DNA of 33,568 nucleotides from a virus (Duplodnaviria > Heunggongvirae > Uroviricota > Caudoviricetes): IMG/VR virus record IMGVR_UViG_2534681672_000004; one strand, given 5' to 3'. Position numbers and translations under genes: made by a program. Below, piece after piece: positions 18,178 to 25,706 of this stretch (its first letter is position 1; each line of letters begins with the position of its first letter). The notes under the pieces were generated by a model. It was not told the origin of the DNA, made no database searches, and worked only from the letters and a program-made list of their open reading frames with translations.

Positions 18178-19383
18178 TTACGCCTCCACGCCGTCAGTGG
18201 TGCCGGTTTCAGCCGGGGAAGTTTCGCCGTCAGCGACAGGCGCGCTGGCCGGAGCGGTGCCGGTCAGAGACTGCATTGCCTTGACCATCTCAGCAGCAAA
18301 TACCGCCGCGCTGACCGGTTCGGTGGTGGCGGTTTCTTCCTGCTCGAGAATTTCGATATTCTCAATCAGGCAACCGGCCTCGTAGTCTTCGATAACAAAA
18401 TCGACTTTTACCTGCTCGTAGTTCTCCACCTGATCCAGTTTCGGATTCTCGACGATGTGGCGGCGGTGGCCGTCTTCGTACAGATAGATTGAAATGTTAT
18501 CCAGCGTGGTGATGAAAACGCTGTTTGCCGGGAAGAACGGCGCGCGCACCGCCTGAAGCTGACCGATGGTTTTCTGGCTGATAATCAGCTCACCGGCGAG
18601 CTGTTCGCTGTTCGCCTGGAATTTGTTAATCATCGGGAAGTATTTGTCGGTCAGGATACGGCGACCACAGATAACGACCATTTCCGGGTTTTCACGGTGA
18701 ATTTCCGCGACCAGCGACTCGAAAGCATCCATGACCATCGCGTCGAGGTTGGCGTAATGACCACCCTTATCTTTTGAGCCGATTTTGATGGTGTCGGAAA
18801 TCACTTTTCCGTCATCATCGGTAATGCAGGACATTACGCGCTCGGGCGCATCGTTGCGGTATTTCTGCAACCAGCCGACAGCCACGTCCTGAAGCAGCGG
18901 ATTCTGAGCACGGTCAGAAGTCGCCGCCCGGCTCACGCCGTTAAAGCCGATAGTGATGTAATCCAGCGCCTGACGCTTGATGATGGCGTTACGGATTCGG
19001 ATTTGGAAATCCTGAAAACGCGCCCACAGGTCGAGTTTGTTGTACTTCAGGTGATAGTCGAAGTTCACCGGGTGGCAGAAATAGCGATATGCATCGAGCT
19101 TCGCGAAATCAGCGGTTTTACGCTCGACACCTCCGTCGGTGTCAGCGGTGCTGGCAATGGAGCCGGTCACATCGATGCCGACTTTCTCTTCGGTCAGCTC
19201 GGAAACGGTCACCATGTTGATGAGCTTCAGGAAGCTGGACGACTGCTGAATTTTGTCAAACAGGGTCTGAGTGACCGACGGCTCGACAGTGAATTTTTTG
19301 TCGAGGTCGCTGGCCTCGATGCCGTTCAGTTCGGCGATACGGCTCAGATATTTATTGAATTGAAAACGGGTTTCTTTACGCAT
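18178..19383 (-). CDS. N: Major capsid protein gpN, with an extra Ala/Thr/Pro-rich C-terminal tail
   Basis: 401-aa ORF after O; about 40 residues longer than P2 N as I recall it (357 aa). Confidence 0.9.
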   Translation of the reverse strand: MRKETRFQFNKYLSRIAELNGIEASDLDKKFTVEPSVTQTLFDKIQQSSSFLKLINMVTVSELTEEKVGIDVTGSIASTADTDGGVERKTADFAKLDAYRYFCHPVNFDYHLKYNKLDLWARFQDFQIRIRNAIIKRQALDYITIGFNGVSRAATSDRAQNPLLQDVAVGWLQKYRNDAPERVMSCITDDDGKVISDTIKIGSKDKGGHYANLDAMVMDAFESLVAEIHRENPEMVVICGRRILTDKYFPMINKFQANSEQLAGELIISQKTIGQLQAVRAPFFPANSVFITTLDNISIYLYEDGHRRHIVENPKLDQVENYEQVKVDFVIEDYEAGCLIENIEILEQEETATTEPVSAAVFAAEMVKAMQSLTGTAPASAPVADGETSPAETGTTDGVEA

Positions 19384-19414
19384 GGGTTATGTGTTCCTTC
19401 GGGTTTATCAGGGG

Positions 19415-20278
19415 TTAGCAGTCGGTCAGCGTGGAGCCCGCCGAATCACCGTCGCCACCGGCGCTTAACTTGCGGCGCGGTTGCGTTTTGTCTTCGGTGT
19501 TTTCCAGCGTGTTTTTGATGGTGCTGAATTGCTGCGTGGTGGCTGCGGCCTGTTCGTTCAGCGCTTTTTTGACGGTAGCGACATCACTTTCAAGCTGGCT
19601 GAAACGCACCTCAGCGCTTTCGCCGCCGGTCTGCACCTGCACGGCGATGGCGGTCACGGCTTCGTGCACGTCACCGAATCGCGCATCGTCGTCAGCCTGT
19701 TTACGGCTGAAGATGCCTTTCACGGTGTCGCTGATTTTGGTCAGCAGGTTGTCGGGCAGGTCTTCGAATTCCAGCTCGGCAAGGGTTGCCACTGAGAACA
19801 GGTCGCCCGGCTGGTCTTTCTTACCGGCCAGTGGGTTTTGTTGTACGCGGGAGCAGAATTGCAGGTATTCGGTACCGAGGCTTGCCGGGTCATCGGTTAC
19901 CGCCAGCCCGATGAGGTGACATTTGCCGGTATTGGCAAAGTTCGGGCGAATTTCCATCGAGGTGTAAACCTTCTGGCCTTTCGCCAGCATCGCGAGCAGG
20001 TTGTCGAGCGGGGCAATTTTGCCGAACAGCGCCAGCTTGCCGTTGAGTGCCGAGTCGTCGTCGATCACTTGCGCTTTCACTTCCGTGACATCGCCATAGC
20101 GGCAAAACGGGCTGTCGGGAATAACGCTGCGGATATGCTCGAGGTTAATGCGACAGCCGTAGACGCGCGGGTCAAAGCCGTCGGCCATGTCCTGAATATC
20201 GGTCGCACTGATGACGCGACCGTCGCAGGTGTCACCCTCGACGCCGATGCGAAACCATTTCGAATTTTTTTTAGCCAT
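19415..20278 (-). CDS. O: Capsid scaffolding protein gpO
   Basis: 287-aa ORF, first gene of the O-N-M-L operon, divergent from P/Q. Confidence 0.85.
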   Translation of the reverse strand: MAKKNSKWFRIGVEGDTCDGRVISATDIQDMADGFDPRVYGCRINLEHIRSVIPDSPFCRYGDVTEVKAQVIDDDSALNGKLALFGKIAPLDNLLAMLAKGQKVYTSMEIRPNFANTGKCHLIGLAVTDDPASLGTEYLQFCSRVQQNPLAGKKDQPGDLFSVATLAELEFEDLPDNLLTKISDTVKGIFSRKQADDDARFGDVHEAVTAIAVQVQTGGESAEVRFSQLESDVATVKKALNEQAAATTQQFSTIKNTLENTEDKTQPRRKLSAGGDGDSAGSTLTDC

Positions 20279-20442
20279 GAGTCAGGTGTCCTGAGTTGGG
20301 TTATCGGGTCGGTTGTAGTTTCCCGACTCAGCCGCTCACCAGCCACCGGTTACAGAAGTGCAACCCCTGACACAACAGGGGGTTAGCGATTCATCCCCCC
20401 TGAATCTTTAGCCTTGCCGTGTACTCATCACGGCGAGGTTTT

Positions 20443-22212
20443 ATGACCACTACAACCGACACATCACTACTCAACGATCCGCGACGACAGGCCGCGCTTT
20501 TGTTCTGGCAGGGCTATTCCGTGCCACAAATCGCGGAACAGTTGCAGGTCAAGCGCCCCACGGTGCAGAGCTGGAAGCAGCGCGATAAATGGGAAAAAAC
20601 CGCACCGTTAAACCGGGTCGAGTTCACGCTCGAGGCTCGGCTGATTCAGCTCTATGCAAAGCCTGACCTGACGGCTCATGACTTTAAGGTCGCGGATTTT
20701 CTGGCGCGCCAGATGGAACGCCTCGCGCGGGTCAGTCGTTACGGTCAGACAGGTAACGCAGCGGATTTAAACCCGAACGTGGCCAACCGCAACAAAGGGG
20801 AAAAGAAGAAGCCGAAAAAGAACTTTTTCAGCGAAGAGGCTATCGACAAGCTCGAAGAGATTTTCCTCGACCAGTCTTTCGACTATCAGCTCGAGTGGTG
20901 GCGCGCGGGGCTGGCGCACCGTATCAGGCACATCCTGAAATCACGACAGATTGGAGCGACATTCTACTTTGCGCGAGAGGCGCTGTTACAGGCGCTGAAG
21001 ACCGGCCACAACCAGATATTTTTATCGGCCAGTAAGACACAGGCCTATGTATTTCGAAAATACATCATCGCCTTTGCCCGACTGGCTGGCGTCGAGCTCA
21101 CCGGCGACCCGATTGTGCTCGGCAACAATGGCGCGGAGCTGATGTTTCTCGGCACCAATGCCAACACGGCGCAGAGCCACAACGGCGACCTGTATGTCGA
21201 TGAAATTTTCTGGATCCCCAACTTCCAGAAGCTGAAGCGCGTTGCCGGTGGCATGTCTTCACAGGAGCATTTGCGCACGACCTATTTTTCGACCCCCTCA
21301 TCGCTGGCGCACGGTGCCTATCCGTTCTGGTCGGGTGAGCAGTTCAACAAGGGACGCTCAGACAAGAGCGAGCGCGTCGATATCGATATCAGTCACGCAG
21401 CACTCGCGAAGGGTGTCGCTTGCCCGGACGGCCAGTGGCGGCAGATTGTCACCATCGAGGACGCACTCGCTAAAGGGTGCACACTGTTTAACATCGACAC
21501 GCTGAAGCGCGAGAACAGCGTCGATGAGTTCCGTAATCTGTTTATGTGCGAGTTCGTCGACGATAAAGCGTCGGTATTCCCGTTCGAAGAGCTGCAACGC
21601 TGCATGGTCGACAGCCTCGAGAAATGGGAGGACTACACGCCATTTGCCGACCGGCCTTTCGGTCACCGCCCGGTGTGGATTGGTTACGACCCGTCATTAC
21701 GCGGCGACAGCGCCGGGTGCGTCGTCATCGCGCCGCCAGTCGTCGCCGGTGGACGATTCCGAATCCTCGAGCGCCATCAGTGGAAAGGGATGGATTTTGC
21801 TCAACAGGCCGAATCCATTCGCGAGCTCACGCAGAAATATACCGTCGAATACATCGGCATCGATGCGACCGGGCTCGGACAGGGCGTTTTCCAGTTAGTG
21901 CGCTCATTCTACCCGGCAGCGCGTGAAATCCGCTACACGCCGGAAATGAAAACCGCAATGGTGCTGAAAGCCAAAGACACCATTCGCCGCGGTTGCCTCG
22001 AGTACGACGTCAGCGCGACCGATATCACGCAGTCGTTTATGTCTATCCGCAAAACCATGACCAGCAGCGGGCGCAGCTCGACCTATGAGGCCAGCCGCAC
22101 CGAGGAAGCCAGTCACGCCGATCTCGCGTGGGCAACCATGCACGTATTAATCAATGAGCCGCTGACCGCCGCGACCGGCGAACAGTCATCCAGTATTATG
22201 GAGTGGAACTAA
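20443..22212 (+). CDS. P: Terminase large (ATPase) subunit gpP
   Basis: Start at ATG 20443 with GGCGAGG RBS; about 590 aa; divergent from O and followed by Q as in P2. Confidence 0.9.
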   Translation: MTTTTDTSLLNDPRRQAALLFWQGYSVPQIAEQLQVKRPTVQSWKQRDKWEKTAPLNRVEFTLEARLIQLYAKPDLTAHDFKVADFLARQMERLARVSRYGQTGNAADLNPNVANRNKGEKKKPKKNFFSEEAIDKLEEIFLDQSFDYQLEWWRAGLAHRIRHILKSRQIGATFYFAREALLQALKTGHNQIFLSASKTQAYVFRKYIIAFARLAGVELTGDPIVLGNNGAELMFLGTNANTAQSHNGDLYVDEIFWIPNFQKLKRVAGGMSSQEHLRTTYFSTPSSLAHGAYPFWSGEQFNKGRSDKSERVDIDISHAALAKGVACPDGQWRQIVTIEDALAKGCTLFNIDTLKRENSVDEFRNLFMCEFVDDKASVFPFEELQRCMVDSLEKWEDYTPFADRPFGHRPVWIGYDPSLRGDSAGCVVIAPPVVAGGRFRILERHQWKGMDFAQQAESIRELTQKYTVEYIGIDATGLGQGVFQLVRSFYPAAREIRYTPEMKTAMVLKAKDTIRRGCLEYDVSATDITQSFMSIRKTMTSSGRSSTYEASRTEEASHADLAWATMHVLINEPLTAATGEQSSSIMEWN

Positions 22213-23240
22213 TGAGCAAGAATCGCAACAACAAGCGACAGCAGCCGCGCCCCCAAAGTCACACCGCCGCATCGGCACAGAGCATGGAGGCATTCACCTT
22301 TGGCGAGCCGACGCCGGTACTCGATCGCCGCGACATTCTCGATTATGTGGAGTGCATCGACAACGGCCAATGGTATGAGCCGCCGGTGAGCTTCTCCGGG
22401 CTGGCGAAGAGCATGCGCGCCGCCGTTCATCACAGCTCACCGATTTACGTGAAGCGTAATATTCTGGTGTCGACCTACATCCCGCACCCGCTGTTATCGC
22501 GTCAGGATTTCAGCCGGTTCGTGCTCGATTATCTGGTATTTGGCAACGCCTTTCTCGAAGAGCGTCGCGGTCTGACTGGCAAGCCGCTAAAGCTGGAGAC
22601 CTCACCGGCCAAATATACCCGTCGTGGCGTTGATGATGACGTGTACTGGTATATCCAGTCCTACACGCAACCGCACCAGTTTTCGCCCGGTTCCGTCTTC
22701 CACCTGCTTGAGCCTGATATTAATCAGGAGCTGTACGGGATGCCGGAATACCTGAGCGCACTCAATTCAGCCTGGCTGAATGAGTCAGCGACACTGTTTC
22801 GTCGCAAGTATTACCAGAACGGCGCGCACGCAGGGTACATCATGTATGTGACCGATGCCGCTCAGAACAGCACTGACGTCGAAGCGTTGCGAAAGGCGAT
22901 GCGCGACTCGAAAGGGCTCGGCAATTTTAAGAATCTGTTTTTCTACGCACCGCACGGTAAACCGGATGGGATTAAAATTGTGCCGCTGAGCGAAGTCGCG
23001 ACGAAGGATGATTTTTTTAATATCAAGAAAGTCAGCGCCGCTGACCTGCTCGACGCGCACCGCATCCCGTTCCAGTTGATGGGCGGCAAGCCTGAGAACG
23101 TCGGCTCAGTGGGCGATATTGAGAAAGTGGCAAAAGTATTTGTTCGCAATGAATTAACTCCATTGCAAGATAGGATTCGTGAATTAAATCATTGGTTTGG
23201 TGATAATTTAATTAAGTTCAAGCCGTATACCTTTGATTAA
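22212..23240 (+). CDS. Q: Portal protein gpQ (last ~35 codons AT-rich, possibly chimeric)
   Basis: ATG 22212 overlaps the P stop (TAATG); about 342 aa, close to P2 Q length. Confidence 0.9.
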   Translation: MSKNRNNKRQQPRPQSHTAASAQSMEAFTFGEPTPVLDRRDILDYVECIDNGQWYEPPVSFSGLAKSMRAAVHHSSPIYVKRNILVSTYIPHPLLSRQDFSRFVLDYLVFGNAFLEERRGLTGKPLKLETSPAKYTRRGVDDDVYWYIQSYTQPHQFSPGSVFHLLEPDINQELYGMPEYLSALNSAWLNESATLFRRKYYQNGAHAGYIMYVTDAAQNSTDVEALRKAMRDSKGLGNFKNLFFYAPHGKPDGIKIVPLSEVATKDDFFNIKKVSAADLLDAHRIPFQLMGGKPENVGSVGDIEKVAKVFVRNELTPLQDRIRELNHWFGDNLIKFKPYTFD

Positions 23241-23256
23241 GTATGAATGCAAAAAA

Positions 23257-23286
23257 TCCAGAGTCCATTATAATAATGACTCTGGA
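23257..23286. terminator. Hairpin terminator between convergent Q and the cargo operon
   Basis: Perfect 9-bp stem TCCAGAGTC...GACTCTGGA with an AT-rich loop; on the minus strand it is followed directly by TTTTTT, so it probably terminates the cargo operon. Confidence 0.5.
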
Positions 23287-23296
23287 TGAAAATGTT

Positions 23297-23983
23297 TTAT
23301 TGCTTATCTTGTGGTGGTGGAACCTCTTTTTCTAAATTATCTACATACTCTCTAATATTGAATGCTTTGTTTTTCCTTATTTCGGTAGTGTTAACCTTAC
23401 TAACACCATCACGAATGTTTTTATTTATGGTGTCTATTAATTTTTGTCTTTCTTGTTCTGTTTTTATTATTTCACTTAAGAATGACTTTGCGTTTCTTGA
23501 AATGTCCGTCTGTCTATTAATGAATAGTATCGCATACACTGAAAAAACCAAGCAAGTAGTCGTTAGTGCGGAATTAAAAAATACCCCATAATAAACATTA
23601 ACTTTTGTTATTGACGCTGATAACGTTAGTGATATCAAAAAAAACAAAATCAGGGTAAAAATATATGCAATGGTTACTTTGTTTTTAGTGGTGTCAAGAA
23701 TGTATGAAGTTCTTTGATCATCAAAGTAATCCTTTATCCTTGATGGAGTGTTTGCGGGGAGTTCTAACTCCTTTATTTTATCATCAGCATCAATTAGTCG
23801 CTTAAACATGAGGCTAATGATTACGGCGCTAAAGACAGAGATCCCCTTTGAAATTATAGGATCGAAATCAATTAAAAATGAGTATTTTGAATAAACAAAA
23901 ACAATAACAAAACCACATATAAGCCCAATTACAATTGAGCTTGCTATGTTTTTTGCATATGTTTGTAACGTATTGTTTATCAT
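23297..23983 (-). CDS. Four-TM membrane protein, second gene of an AT-rich two-gene cargo operon (candidate effector)
   Basis: Four hydrophobic helices followed by a charged C-terminal tail; ATG overlaps the upstream gene's TGA (ATGA coupling); strongly AT-rich. Confidence 0.7.
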   Translation of the reverse strand: MINNTLQTYAKNIASSIVIGLICGFVIVFVYSKYSFLIDFDPIISKGISVFSAVIISLMFKRLIDADDKIKELELPANTPSRIKDYFDDQRTSYILDTTKNKVTIAYIFTLILFFLISLTLSASITKVNVYYGVFFNSALTTTCLVFSVYAILFINRQTDISRNAKSFLSEIIKTEQERQKLIDTINKNIRDGVSKVNTTEIRKNKAFNIREYVDNLEKEVPPPQDKQ

Positions 23984-24963
23984 GGGTTAATTACTCCGGT
24001 GTCTAGTAAGCGCAATAACCATGAAATCATTTCTTCAGCAACGTTGTCAGCAATTAGCATTCCATTGCTGTATTCAATATTAACTGAATCCTTTAGTTGA
24101 ATCTCATCATTCCTGAGTATTCCTGCACCTTTTAACTCAATTGTTAAGCTTTCATCTCTATTATCAACCAAGCCTTGTGTAATTTTACGCAACATGTCTT
24201 GCTCAGACTCGCTTGCTTTATATTTATACCCAATGGAAATATCAATTGATAGAGATTCCCTGTCAGGTGAACCATCATTTAAAATGGTATTTTTCTTCAT
24301 TTCATTAATTCGATGTTCACCTACGAGCGTTTTTAATAGCTCACTAGCTGTATCATCAATATTATTTCCATAGTAGGTTAAAGGCAGCTTTAAGCTAACA
24401 TTTTTTACTATGTTACGTTTTAAAAAATCCGTATTTAGAGACAGGTTGTTTGCCTGTAAAACGATGAAGTTATCATCAGTAATAGATAGGTTGTCTTGTA
24501 GTATGAAATTTATATAATTTTCAATATCTTTTATTCTAATAGATCTGCTTTGCAGAATTATGAAGTGGTTCTTAATCACACCAATGTATGCAATGCTTTC
24601 TAAATACTCTCTAGCATTCCCACTTGATAAATTTAATGTCTCGTATGTTAAAGCTGTTTTAGCATAATCGCTAACAGAGAAAACAGGAATGCTACTACCC
24701 GGTTCAATATAGACAATTTCCGCAAAAAACATTCCATGAATTTCTTTGCTATTTGAAAGAACCATGTGGGCGTGAGCAGCGACATTACCATTATTATCTG
24801 GAACATCAGGGAAGAATAATCTATCAGCAACATTTGGAACCTTGATTTTCACAAGGTTTGCCAACCTATCTTGCAGGTTTGATGTTAAAAGAGCATCCTT
24901 TTTAGGAAGCATTATTGCATGGCGATAATGCAGCATTTTACTCTTATAATCTTGCGTTGCCAT
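23980..24963 (-). CDS. Hypothetical cytoplasmic protein, first gene of the AT-rich two-gene cargo operon (candidate sensor/enzyme)
   Basis: 327-aa ORF with GAGGGA RBS before ATG 24963; no motif I can recognise; between portal gene Q and cos. Confidence 0.7.
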   Translation of the reverse strand: MATQDYKSKMLHYRHAIMLPKKDALLTSNLQDRLANLVKIKVPNVADRLFFPDVPDNNGNVAAHAHMVLSNSKEIHGMFFAEIVYIEPGSSIPVFSVSDYAKTALTYETLNLSSGNAREYLESIAYIGVIKNHFIILQSRSIRIKDIENYINFILQDNLSITDDNFIVLQANNLSLNTDFLKRNIVKNVSLKLPLTYYGNNIDDTASELLKTLVGEHRINEMKKNTILNDGSPDRESLSIDISIGYKYKASESEQDMLRKITQGLVDNRDESLTIELKGAGILRNDEIQLKDSVNIEYSNGMLIADNVAEEMISWLLRLLDTGVINP

Positions 24964-25034
24964 AGAATCCCTCTTGCTATGAATATGTTATACACGGAGC
25001 GAAGCAATTATGTATTGTATTGCTCTGGCGCGCA

Positions 25035-25053
25035 ATGCTATCCCCGCCACGCC
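25035..25053. other. cos site (19-nt cohesive-end sequence, 186-like)
   Basis: Minus-strand reading GGCGTGGCGGGGATAGCAT differs at one position from the phage 186 cohesive end as I recall it (GGCGTGGCGGGGAAAGCAT); P2 is GGCGAGGCGGGGAAAGCAC. Confidence 0.6.
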
Positions 25054-25334
25054 TGCCCGCTTTATGGGGCGGTTTTAATGCAGTTGCATGACCACTCTGG
25101 ATACGCGCCAGCTGTGGCGGCACACGGCTAGAACGTGCAACCCATGTCGCATGCAAAATCATGCGCCTGATGCATGCACAGCTAAAAAACGGGAAATTCG
25201 TGGAAAAATGGCATAAAAAACGACTTTGAAAGTGCCGGCCATGGTCAGATTTTCAAGGGCAGGCTAACGCCTCGCGCGGCTCGTTGTTCAAACCCGCTGA
25301 CGCCAAAATCTAGTTTTTGCATCAGCGCGTTTAC

Positions 25335-25517
25335 CTATTCAGCCTTATAGAAAATTTCGTCTTTTTCTTCGTCGCTTTCGCTGTTAGCTAGGCCGGCAAT
25401 CAGAGTTAGTGCCAGCTTCAAATCTGCCGGTTTGCAGTTGGCAATAAGAGATATCTCGGCGATAAATTGCACACAAGCCCACTTTTGCTGCGTTCGGCTG
25501 AAATGTTTCCCAACCAT
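25335..25517 (-). CDS. Small SOS-regulated protein, possible Tum-like antirepressor
   Basis: 60-aa ORF with GGGAGGG RBS; a near-consensus LexA box lies about 20 bp upstream; position downstream of A matches tum in phage 186. Confidence 0.5.
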   Translation of the reverse strand: MVGKHFSRTQQKWACVQFIAEISLIANCKPADLKLALTLIAGLANSESDEEKDEIFYKAE

Positions 25518-25537
25518 GAAATCCCTCCCAATAGGAT

Positions 25538-25557
25538 TACTGTGTATTTATACAGTA
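25538..25557. promoter_or_regulatory. LexA operator (SOS box)
   Basis: TACTGTGTATTTATACAGTA matches the E. coli LexA consensus TACTGTATATATATACAGTA at 18 of 20 positions, with perfect CTGT-N8-ACAG. Confidence 0.8.
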
Positions 25558-25706
25558 TAACGTATTGGCAAAAGATGGGAAGAGAAAAAGTGAATCGGGT
25601 AGGTGTTGTATGTACATGATATGGATGTAAATTAATCACCTGTGAGTTTTGATGTTTCTGCCAGCACCGCAACACGATTAAGGATTTCCCTAGGCTTTGC
25701 CTGAAG

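Noticed and set aside
23297-24963. Assigning the two-gene cargo to a named system (Kiwa or type I CBASS/Pycsar)
   Set aside because: Gene order is soluble-then-TM, opposite to the kwaA-kwaB order as I recall it, and the 327-aa protein shows no GS...DxD nucleotidyltransferase or cyclase motif; no named assignment is supportable without an HMM search.
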